Source: Candidatus Spechtbacterales bacterium
Lineage (GTDB): Bacteria > Patescibacteriota > Minisyncoccia > Spechtbacterales > 2-12-FULL-38-22
Assembly (NCBI GenBank): GCA_033721955.1
Contig: JAWVZY010000001.1
Span: forward strand, 1-38,327
Direction of reading: 5' to 3'
Length of the DNA: 38,327 nucleotides
Translations under genes and position numbers: made by a program
Part shown: positions 15,035 through 22,067 of the stretch, one piece after another
Numbering within the stretch: position 1 is the first letter of the stretch
Layout: each line of letters begins with the position of its first letter
Notes under the pieces: model-generated
Told to the model about the DNA's origin: nothing
The model's input: only the letters and a program-made list of their open reading frames with translations
Database searches by the model: none

Positions 15035-16603
15035 ATGAAAAGCAAAAAATTACCCGACTATCTTTTTGTCGGAAGAGCGCAAGATCTAAAAAACAAATCT
15101 GACAGAAAATTATACAGGCGTTTTGAAATGCTGCCCGGCCTTTTGGTTTGGGGCACATTTGCTATAGTTATTTTACTTTCATGGCTTAAGCCGGTATGGA
15201 TGAGTATTATAATTATCGCTTTTGCCTTTTTTTGGCTTTTAAAGTCAGTTTATTTGGCAATTCATACAAGGAGTGCCTATAAAATAATGCTTCGCCATGA
15301 AAAAATAAACTGGATAGATAAATTAAAAAAACTTCCCAAAGAAGATTATAGGGCAAATGTGGATAATTGGCAGAATATATGGCACCTTATTGTAATTCCA
15401 ATGTACAACGAATCATTTGAGGTTGTCGGTCAATCTTTTGAAGCATTGGCAAGTTCTGATTGGCCTAAAGATAAAATGATAGTAGTACTTTCTGCCGAAG
15501 AATTGGGAGGAGAAAAAGCTCAAAAGACAATGCGAAAAATAGAGAGAAAATATAAAGATGAGTTTTTCTCTGTTATAACCACCACTCATCCTGCCGGCCT
15601 GAAGGGCGAGATGGCAGGCAAGGGCTCTAATGAGACATGGGCCGCAAAAAAAGCAGGGGAGATAATAGATGCAAATAATATTCCTCATGACGCTATTCTT
15701 GTTTCTGCCTTGGATTCAGATACAGTAGTTTATCCTCGATATTTTTCATGCATTTCTTACCATTTTTTAACAGCAGAAAAACCTTATCGCTCCAGCTACC
15801 AGCCCATACCTCTTTTTATAAATAATATTTGGCAAGCACCCGCATTGAGCCGCATTAGCGCTTTTTCCAGTACATTTTGGCACACTCTTAGCCAGGAGAG
15901 GCCCGAAAAACAAACGACATTTTCTTCTCACTCTATGACCTACAAAGCCCTTTTAGATGTGGGTTATTGGCAGACAAATGTGGTATCGGAGGATTCGCGT
16001 ATATTTTTTCAGTGTTTTTTAAGATACAGCGGAGATTACAGTGTTGTAAGCTTGTATTATCCTATAGCTATGGATGCTAATGTCGCTCCCTCATACACTA
16101 AAACCTTGAAAAATATCTACAAACAAATGCGCAGATGGGCCTATGGATCTGAAAATATACCATATTTGCTTTTTGGCTACACCAAGGATAAAAGCATTCC
16201 TTTTATGAAGTTTTTCCGACATGCCTTTAATAAGATAGAGGGTTTTCATTCTTGGGCTACGCATGCTTTACTTTTATTTATTATGGGTTGGCTGCCTATA
16301 TTTTTGGGAGGAGATGAATTTAATGTTACCTCAACCGCATATAATCTTTTACCAATGGTACGCTGGCTGCTTACAGCGGCAATGATAGGCCTTGTATCAT
16401 CTGCTTACCTAAGTATACTTCTTTTACCTCCTCGTCCCCCTAATTATGGAAAACATAAATATATCGTAATGGTAGCTCAGTGGCTACTTATACCATTTAC
16501 ACTTATAATATTTGGCGCTTTTCCCGCGATAGAAGCCCAAACTCGCCTGATGCTTGGAAAATATATGGGTTTTTGGGTTACTCCAAAGCATCGCAAGGAA
16601 TAG
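15035..16603 (+). CDS. Membrane-embedded family-2 glycosyltransferase, processive (cellulose/chitin/hyaluronan-synthase-like) type
   Basis: VIPMYNES, a DSD (DxD) in SALDSDT, SEDSRIFF, and a Q-x-x-RW motif in KQMRRWAYG. Hydrophobic segments lie at the N-terminus and across the C-terminal third. Confidence 0.8.
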   Translation: MKSKKLPDYLFVGRAQDLKNKSDRKLYRRFEMLPGLLVWGTFAIVILLSWLKPVWMSIIIIAFAFFWLLKSVYLAIHTRSAYKIMLRHEKINWIDKLKKLPKEDYRANVDNWQNIWHLIVIPMYNESFEVVGQSFEALASSDWPKDKMIVVLSAEELGGEKAQKTMRKIERKYKDEFFSVITTTHPAGLKGEMAGKGSNETWAAKKAGEIIDANNIPHDAILVSALDSDTVVYPRYFSCISYHFLTAEKPYRSSYQPIPLFINNIWQAPALSRISAFSSTFWHTLSQERPEKQTTFSSHSMTYKALLDVGYWQTNVVSEDSRIFFQCFLRYSGDYSVVSLYYPIAMDANVAPSYTKTLKNIYKQMRRWAYGSENIPYLLFGYTKDKSIPFMKFFRHAFNKIEGFHSWATHALLLFIMGWLPIFLGGDEFNVTSTAYNLLPMVRWLLTAAMIGLVSSAYLSILLLPPRPPNYGKHKYIVMVAQWLLIPFTLIIFGAFPAIEAQTRLMLGKYMGFWVTPKHRKE

Positions 16604-16641
16604 GATTTATCTTTGCCCGCATTTTTCTTCTTTATCATATA

Positions 16642-16665
16642 AAAAACCGCCGATGAGCGGTTTTT
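16642..16665. terminator. Bidirectional intrinsic terminator between the GT2 gene and the small minus-strand ORF
   Basis: aaaaaccgc-cgatga-gcggttttt. Confidence 0.7.
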
Positions 16666-16679
16666 GAGATAGCTAAGAG

Positions 16680-16892
16680 TTACTGGGGTAGTTTTAGCTT
16701 GCCTGCTTTGAGGAGATACCAATATTCTTCTTGCACTGTTGAAATATCTATTTTTACTGAGCGGGCAACACGTTCTATTAATTTAAGCCCGTAATAATTT
16801 TTTCCTTCGCTTATGAGTTTATTTCTTATAAGCTCCGTTTGTTTACGTTCTTTTTCTGCCATTTTTTCAGCGTATGCTATCAAATCTGCCAC
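16680..16892 (-). CDS. Hypothetical small protein (70 aa)
   Basis: GTG start 5 nt after SD taaggagg. It is terminator-bounded and has no family I recognise. Confidence 0.5.
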   Translation of the reverse strand: MADLIAYAEKMAEKERKQTELIRNKLISEGKNYYGLKLIERVARSVKIDISTVQEEYWYLLKAGKLKLPQ

Positions 16893-16960
16893 TGCGCCTC
16901 CTTATTTTGCGGAACTAAATACAATATATAGCAAGTTGTACCGACTGTAAAGATAAAGCC

Positions 16961-19042
16961 TTATTCAAAATGCATCGTCTTTTGCATTTCCTCCACTTTA
17001 TTTTTGAGTATTTCCCACTTTTTTAATTTTGCATCTTTTTCTAAAAATTTATTTGCCTCTTCTCGCGCTTCTTCAATAAGTTCTACATTGTCTAAAGATG
17101 CCATGGCAAGGTCGGGCATACCGCTTTGCCTTACTCCATACATATCTCCCGCACCCCTGAATTTTAAGTCATATTCGGCAAGCTCAAAACCGTTTTTAGC
17201 TTTAACCAAGGCATTCATTCTTTTGCGCGTACCTTCAGAGTCAGATTCAGTAAGCAGGAAGCAGTATGATTGATGCTTGTCTCTTCCGACGCGACCTCTA
17301 AATTGGTGCAATTGTGCCAAGCCAAATCTTTCAGCTCCATCCACCATCATAATTGTTGCATTTGGAATATCTATTCCCACCTCAACTACAGAGGTTGAAA
17401 TAAGGAGATCAATCTTGCCTTCTTTCATTTTATTCATTATCTCATCTTTCTCCTGGCCCTTCATCCTTCCATGTAAAAGTCCTAAATTATAATCTTTAAA
17501 TGGTCCGCTTGATAATTTTTCATATTCGTCGGTTGCAGCCTTTGCCTCAAGCTTATCTGAAACTTCAACAAGAGGAAATATGCAAAATGCTTGTCTTCCT
17601 TTATCCAGTTCTTTTTTTATAAGTTCAAATGCCTCCTTTCGTTTTTTAGGAGGCACTATCTTTGTAATTACCTTTTTTCTTCCCTTCGGCATTTCTTTAA
17701 GAAGTGAAATATCAAGATCTCCATAAATGGTTAAAGCAAGCGAGCGGGGTATGGGGGTTGCGGTCATAGAGAGCAGGTGGGGGATTGTTTTATTTTTTGC
17801 TTTGGAGCCGCTTTTGGCAAGTGCTGCCCTTTGCCCGACTCCAAAGCGATGCTGTTCATCAATTGTTACAAAACCTATATTTTTGAATTTAACATCTTTT
17901 TGTATTACAGCATGCGTGCCTATTAGCATATCTACCTCTCCCTTTTTTATTTTTTCTTTAAGTTCGGGTTTTTTTATTTTTTCATTATTTAATTTAGATG
18001 AACTTCCCGTAAGTAGGCCTATGCTGGGACTGTATTCTTTATCATCGAATAATTCTGTTATTGTTTTGTTGTGTTGTTCGGCCAGTATTTCAGTTGGTGC
18101 CATAAATGCCGCTTGAAATCCGGCATCTACCGCGTTTAATGCGGCAGTGGCCGCTACAACTGTTTTTCCGCTTCCCACATCCCCCTCAAGCATGCGATTC
18201 ATAGGAATAGGTCGTTCCATATCTTTAAGTATGCGCCACGCCGCTTTCTTTTGGGAATCAGTTAAAGTAAAGGGTAAGGAATTTACAAATTTTTTGGTAA
18301 GTTCTACATTTGTTTTTACTTTGGGTGAATTTTCAGCTTGCATTTCAGCTTTTGTTTTTAGGGCGGCAAGTTGTACATAAAATATTTCTTCAAATTCAAA
18401 TCTACGCCTGGCCTCTTGAGCCTTTTCAATAGAGGAAGGGAAGTGAATATTAAAAAGCGCATCACGCAGTGGCATAAGTTCCTTTTCTTTTACAAATTCC
18501 TCAGGCAGAGGATCTTCAATATTTTGGGCTATAGGTAAAAGTTTATATATTATATATCTTAGCCACTTAGAAGAAACACCTCTTGTTTCTGGATAAATAG
18601 GTACTATGCGGGCAGTATGCACAGGTGAGGTTTCCATGCTTCGCACTTCGGGCGTTGGGTTTGAAAGATAAACCCCATCTTTGCCAAGTGAGGTCTTGCC
18701 TGCAAGCAACACGCTTTCCTCAGTATTTAACTGTTTTTTTATGTATGATTGATTAAACCACACCGCCTTTATTGTATCTGTACGATCTTCAATAACTGCT
18801 TCAATAATTTTAAGACGGCGGCGTTTTGCCATACGTTCATTTATGTGAACAACCTTGCCTTCAATAGTAACTTCTTCATCAGGTTTTATATCCGCAATGC
18901 TCTTTACCGTAGCGTAATCTTCATAACGGGATGGGAAGTGAAAAAGAAGGTCGCGGACCTCCTTTATTCCTAATTTTTTAAGCTTACCGGCATATTTTGG
19001 GCCGATACGTTTTATTTCTTCAACTGGAGTGCTTAGATTCAT
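16961..19042 (-). CDS. recG: ATP-dependent DNA helicase RecG
   Basis: 693 aa with an N-terminal wedge/OB region. Helicase motifs are GDVGSGKT, DEQHRFG and SMTATPIPR, with a C-terminal QFRGRVGR. Confidence 0.95.
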   Translation of the reverse strand: MNLSTPVEEIKRIGPKYAGKLKKLGIKEVRDLLFHFPSRYEDYATVKSIADIKPDEEVTIEGKVVHINERMAKRRRLKIIEAVIEDRTDTIKAVWFNQSYIKKQLNTEESVLLAGKTSLGKDGVYLSNPTPEVRSMETSPVHTARIVPIYPETRGVSSKWLRYIIYKLLPIAQNIEDPLPEEFVKEKELMPLRDALFNIHFPSSIEKAQEARRRFEFEEIFYVQLAALKTKAEMQAENSPKVKTNVELTKKFVNSLPFTLTDSQKKAAWRILKDMERPIPMNRMLEGDVGSGKTVVAATAALNAVDAGFQAAFMAPTEILAEQHNKTITELFDDKEYSPSIGLLTGSSSKLNNEKIKKPELKEKIKKGEVDMLIGTHAVIQKDVKFKNIGFVTIDEQHRFGVGQRAALAKSGSKAKNKTIPHLLSMTATPIPRSLALTIYGDLDISLLKEMPKGRKKVITKIVPPKKRKEAFELIKKELDKGRQAFCIFPLVEVSDKLEAKAATDEYEKLSSGPFKDYNLGLLHGRMKGQEKDEIMNKMKEGKIDLLISTSVVEVGIDIPNATIMMVDGAERFGLAQLHQFRGRVGRDKHQSYCFLLTESDSEGTRKRMNALVKAKNGFELAEYDLKFRGAGDMYGVRQSGMPDLAMASLDNVELIEEAREEANKFLEKDAKLKKWEILKNKVEEMQKTMHFE

Positions 19043-19147
19043 TTAAGCTCGTTTTTTAAAGGGGGAGAGGCAGAGATTTTTCTAAATCTCATTTCTCCAT
19101 ATAATAAATTAAATTTCAATTTCAAAGCAATTAAAAGCTAATTAGTG

Positions 19148-19230
19148 CGGAGGGGGTGGGATTCGAACCCACAAGTGCTTGCGCACGCCGGTTTTCAAGA
19201 CCGGTGGAATAGCCGTTATCCGACCCCTCC
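19148..19230 (-). tRNA. tRNA-Ser (anticodon UGA), no encoded CCA
   Basis: GGAGGGG TC GGA TAACGGCTAT TCC A CCGGT CTTGAAA ACCGG, then a long variable arm (GTGC-GCAA-GCAC), then GTGGG TTCGAAT CCCAC CCCCTCC G. Confidence 0.85.
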
Positions 19231-19234
19231 TCAT

Positions 19235-19288
19235 TTTCCAACAACGCCAAAAGGCATTATTGAAATAATTGCGGAGAGGGTGGGATTC
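19235..19288. repeat. Direct repeat copy 1 (trailer plus the last 17 nt of a tRNA-Ser)
   Basis: It matches 19354-19406 with 3 substitutions and 1 indel. The last 31 nt (tattgaaataattgcggagagggtgggattc) are identical. Confidence 0.85.
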
Positions 19289-19338
19289 CCCTTCGGGCCG
19301 GAGAATGCCATTTAAGGCATTCTCTTCTCATCCCACCT
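19272..19338 (-). pseudogene. tRNA-Ser(GCU)-derived 3' fragment fused to a non-tRNA hairpin body
   Basis: It shares GAATCCCACCCTCTCCG with the genuine tRNA at 19390-19474 but has no 5' acceptor strand, D arm or anticodon arm. Instead GGTGGGAT/ATCCCACC closes two hairpins, one of them a perfect 9-bp stem gagaatgcc/ggcattctc. Confidence 0.45.
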
Positions 19339-19353
19339 AGCTCGCATAAGATA

Positions 19354-19406
19354 TTTCAACAACACTAAAAGGCAGTATTGAAATAATTGCGGAGAGGGTG
19401 GGATTC
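19354..19406. repeat. Direct repeat copy 2 (trailer plus 3' end of tRNA-Ser-GCU)
   Basis: See copy 1; the spacing between copies is 118 nt. Confidence 0.85.
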
Positions 19407-19474
19407 GAACCCACGGGCCGCTAACGCGGCATGGATTAGCAATCCATTGCTTTAGGCCACTCAGCCACCTCTCC
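19390..19474 (-). tRNA. tRNA-Ser (anticodon GCU), no encoded CCA
   Basis: GGAGAGG TG GCT GAGTGGCCTAA AGC A ATGGA TTGCTAA TCCAT, then a long variable arm (GCCGC-GTTA-GCGGC), then GTGGG TTCGAAT CCCAC CCTCTCC G. Confidence 0.9.
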
Positions 19475-19487
19475 AGGTTATGCCTAA

Positions 19488-19516
19488 ATTATACACTATA
19501 TTATTGTGTTTTTCAA
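19488..19516 (-). promoter_or_regulatory. Putative sigma70-type promoter for the tRNA-Ser array
   Basis: On the minus strand, TTGAAA, 17 nt, TATAAT. The -10 ends 13 nt upstream of the tRNA-Ser(GCU) 5' end. Its -35 overlaps a plus-strand candidate, TTCAAT-16-TGgTAATAT at 19512-19539. Confidence 0.5.
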
Positions 19517-19551
19517 TAAATAACAAAGAATGGTAATATATAATTAACCAT

Positions 19552-19992
19552 ATGGAAGAATTTACCTGGAAAGTTTCAAAAGAAGATAGACCCATGCCCT
19601 GGGTGCTGTATAGTATTGTGGGGATTGTATCTATTGCTATAGCAGCTTTTTTTGTATATTCAGGCAATATTTTTGGCGCCGCACTTTTTATTATGGGTCC
19701 GGTTGTAATTGTAATCTCTGCAACCAAAGGACAGAAAGAAGTTTATTGCACGATTACAGATAGCGAAATAAAGGTGAATAATCGCCAATACCCCTTTAAA
19801 AATTTAGAATATTATAGTATAATAGCCGATACCTTGATATTAAAGCCAAAAGAGCAGGGTGTTGTATATGTCCCTATATTTATTGAAGATACCGAGCATA
19901 TACATGAGTATCTTTTTGGTAAGGTAAAACAGAATGAAGATTACCAAGAAGATTTTTCTCAAATAGTAAACAGGTTTTTGAGAATACATTAA
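19552..19992 (+). CDS. Hypothetical membrane protein (two N-terminal TM helices plus a small soluble domain, possibly bacterial PH-like)
   Basis: 146-aa ORF with a hydrophobic stretch VLYSIVGIVSIAIAAFFVYSGNIFGAALFIMGPVVIVI. It has no SD. The fold assignment is a guess from topology. Confidence 0.5.
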   Translation: MEEFTWKVSKEDRPMPWVLYSIVGIVSIAIAAFFVYSGNIFGAALFIMGPVVIVISATKGQKEVYCTITDSEIKVNNRQYPFKNLEYYSIIADTLILKPKEQGVVYVPIFIEDTEHIHEYLFGKVKQNEDYQEDFSQIVNRFLRIH

Positions 19993-19994
19993 AT

Positions 19995-20070
19995 GTCCTC
20001 GTAGTTCAGTGGATAGAACGCTTCCTTGCGGAGGAAGAGGTCGGAGGTTCAAATCCTCCCGAGGACGCCA
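19995..20070 (+). tRNA. tRNA-Arg (anticodon GCG), CCA encoded
   Basis: GTCCTCG TA GTTC AGTGGATA GAAC G CTTCC TTGCGGA GGAAG AGGTC GGAGG TTCAAAT CCTCC CGAGGAC G CCA. Confidence 0.9.
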
Positions 20071-20073
20071 TTG

Positions 20074-20102
20074 AAACTACCATAATTTTATGGTAGTTTT
20101 TG
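20074..20102 (+). terminator. Intrinsic terminator after tRNA-Arg
   Basis: aaactacca-taatttta-tggtagttt followed by ttg. Confidence 0.7.
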
Positions 20103-20144
20103 TTTAGCACATATCACCGCAGTCAAAACAAAAGGAGAATAAAA

Positions 20145-20612
20145 ATGACAAATAAACCACTTGTGTATTTGGCAGGACCCATTACAGGGCTTGGTATTGA
20201 TGATGCAACTGACTGGCGCAATAATGCAATAGAGAAGCTTGCAAAACACAATATCGACGGATTATCACCAATACGTGGCAAAAAGTATCTTTTACTTGAA
20301 AAGACCGATATAAAAGATTCGTATGAAGATGAGGTGCTTGGGTCGCAAAAAGGTATTACAACCCGTGATCATTTTGATGTTATGCGCTCAGATATGATAC
20401 TGGTTAATTTTACAGAAGCTGAAAAAGTATCAATTGGTTCTGTGATGGAAATAGCATGGGCGCACGCTTATAGAAAACCTATTGTACTTGCCATGCAAGG
20501 CGGCAACCCCCATGATCACGCCATGGTGCGTGAGGTTAGCGGGTTCACGCTTTCAACACTTGAAGAAGCGCTTGAAGTCATAGTAGCTATCTTGTCTCCC
20601 GACGTTGTTTAA
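20145..20612 (+). CDS. Nucleoside 2-deoxyribosyltransferase-like protein (NDT / DNPH1-Rcl superfamily)
   Basis: N-terminal VYLAGPITG and a SIGSVMEIAWA block containing the family's conserved Glu. SD aaaggag is upstream of ATG 20145; the ORF-track start at 20100 lies in the terminator. Confidence 0.65.
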   Translation: MTNKPLVYLAGPITGLGIDDATDWRNNAIEKLAKHNIDGLSPIRGKKYLLLEKTDIKDSYEDEVLGSQKGITTRDHFDVMRSDMILVNFTEAEKVSIGSVMEIAWAHAYRKPIVLAMQGGNPHDHAMVREVSGFTLSTLEEALEVIVAILSPDVV

Positions 20613-20634
20613 CACCAGAGAAAAGGAGTAATAA

Positions 20635-20910
20635 ATGCTTTTTGATATAGCAGGGTGGGCAGGAATGTCCTCTATATTATTGGCCTATTTATTGCTTTCA
20701 AGAGGAGCAGTTACAGGAGAGAGTAGATTATATCACTGGCTGAATTTGCTTGGTGTTATCGGAGTAGGCATGAATGTTTTTGTGCAGAAGGCATGGCCGG
20801 CACTTGGCCTCCAAGCTGCATTTGGCTTGATAGCAATCTATGCTCTTATAAAGATACAAAAGAACAAAAATAAAGGGGGTCGGAATGCCAAGCGCCTTGA
20901 TAATAGATGA
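20635..20910 (+). CDS. Small integral membrane protein (about 3 TM helices)
   Basis: 91 aa with three hydrophobic segments and a basic tail. SD aaaggag is upstream. No secure family assignment. Confidence 0.55.
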   Translation: MLFDIAGWAGMSSILLAYLLLSRGAVTGESRLYHWLNLLGVIGVGMNVFVQKAWPALGLQAAFGLIAIYALIKIQKNKNKGGRNAKRLDNR

Positions 20911-21268
20911 GCCGTGGATAAGTAAAATACTTTCCGGGCAAAAAAATTGGGAGATAAGGACTCAGACCACTCACAAAAGGGGAGAGATAGGACTAATACG
21001 CAAGGGTTCGGGCCTTATAGTGGGCTCGGTTGAGATTGTAAATGTATTAGAACTGCCGAGAAATATTAGTGTTCTTCATGATACATTTCAAAATCACAAT
21101 TGCTGGGCTATGGATCTTATAAATTACGGCGATCCTGAAAAACCTCTTTATGCGTGGGTTTTAAAAGATGCAAATAGGTTTGAAGACCCAATACCATATG
21201 ACCATCCTCGGGGTGCTGTGATATGGGTAAAAGTACCTGACTGGAAAAAACAAAAAGCTGAAGTTTGA
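20885..21268 (+). CDS. ASCH domain protein (PUA-like fold)
   Basis: LIIDEPWISKILSGQKNWEIRTQ...RGEIGLIRKGSGLIVGSVEI matches the ASCH pattern. It overlaps the preceding ORF by 26 nt. Confidence 0.65.
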   Translation: MPSALIIDEPWISKILSGQKNWEIRTQTTHKRGEIGLIRKGSGLIVGSVEIVNVLELPRNISVLHDTFQNHNCWAMDLINYGDPEKPLYAWVLKDANRFEDPIPYDHPRGAVIWVKVPDWKKQKAEV

Positions 21269-21282
21269 ACTTCAGCTTTTTT
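21252..21282. terminator. Bidirectional intrinsic terminator (ASCH gene / comFC)
   Basis: aaaa-agctgaagt-ttga-acttcagct-ttttt. The ASCH stop codon lies in the loop. Confidence 0.7.
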
Positions 21283-21295
21283 AATGTTTTACAGT

Positions 21296-22012
21296 TTAAT
21301 CTTTTAATACAGCAAGTCCCCAAACCTCCTTTGTGCCCGCACTATTTAAAGCTATAGCGCATTGGCGCATTGTAGAGCCGGTAGTTATTACATCATCTAC
21401 CAGGAGGATGGTTTTATTTTTAACAGAATCATTTGAAACTTCAAATACACCTTCAAGATTTTGCAGGCGTTCTTTTCGTGAATCCGTTTTAACTTGCGGA
21501 ATTGTCCTATTTGTTTTAATTAGTGTCTCTGTTTTTACAGGTACATTAATAATGTCGCTTAGGTGGCGCGCTATAAGTTCTGCTTGGTTAAAACCTCGTT
21601 TTTTTAACTTCCTTTTATGCATTGGCACCGGAATTATTACATCTGCATTTTCTTTGATTGTATTCAGATATGCGCCTTGTTCAAGTTGCCACAGAGCGAA
21701 AGTTGACAGGGGAGAGGCAAGCGCTCGGGCATATTTATATTTCATATCTCTTATCATGTCCCCCAGGGCGTTATCTGAGTAGAGGCCGCAGGTAAATATT
21801 CTATTTAGCTTAAGTTCGCTTTTGCATTTTGGGGGTAGCTTGCCAAAAGGAAGGCGAAGGTCGCAGTGAGGACAGGTCGGCTCGTACAAGGCCTTTAATT
21901 GCCATAAACATTCATTGCATAGATAAGTTCCCGTCTTTTTACATTTATAGCAAAAGGAAGGAAATAAGCTTTCTGTAACCATATTTTTAATTGTATTTAG
22001 CTCTTTATACAT
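21296..22012 (-). CDS. comFC: ComF family protein (ComFC-type phosphoribosyltransferase-fold protein)
   Basis: N-terminal CxxC...CxxC zinc-finger cysteines and a PRT motif ILLVDDVITTGSTM. Confidence 0.85.
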   Translation of the reverse strand: MYKELNTIKNMVTESLFPSFCYKCKKTGTYLCNECLWQLKALYEPTCPHCDLRLPFGKLPPKCKSELKLNRIFTCGLYSDNALGDMIRDMKYKYARALASPLSTFALWQLEQGAYLNTIKENADVIIPVPMHKRKLKKRGFNQAELIARHLSDIINVPVKTETLIKTNRTIPQVKTDSRKERLQNLEGVFEVSNDSVKNKTILLVDDVITTGSTMRQCAIALNSAGTKEVWGLAVLKD

Positions 22013-22020
22013 TTTTTAAA

Positions 22021-22037
22021 GCGCGCCATGGGCGCGC
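22021..22037 (-). other. GC-only perfect palindrome between clpC stop and comFC start
   Basis: gcgcgcc-atg-ggcgcgc in an AT-rich spacer. On the minus strand it is followed by tttaaaaa and then the comFC ATG. It may be a weak terminator or attenuator. Confidence 0.35.
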
Positions 22038-22067
22038 AGTAGTTGATTAGAATAATAGCTGAGCAAT

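Noticed and set aside
19065-19105. Hairpin ggagaggca-gagattt-ttct-aaatctc-atttctcc between tRNA-Ser(UGA) and recG as a terminator
   Set aside because: No T-run follows on either strand. It may be a leader structure for recG, but I cannot support a call.
19272-19338. The middle tRNA-like unit as a functional unusual tRNA (Sec, suppressor or Leu-UAA)
   Set aside because: No 5' acceptor strand complementary to CCTCTCC is present. The long hairpin has a 9-bp stem with a 6-nt loop (TTAAAT), not a 5-bp stem with a 7-nt anticodon loop. No UCA anticodon is present.
19461-19727. 88-aa minus-strand ORF
   Set aside because: It overlaps tRNA-Ser(GCU) and its promoter and runs antisense to the 19552 ORF. 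It is spurious.
20100-20144. TTG-initiated extension of the NDT-like ORF
   Set aside because: It starts inside the T-run of the tRNA-Arg terminator. SD aaaggag serves ATG 20145.
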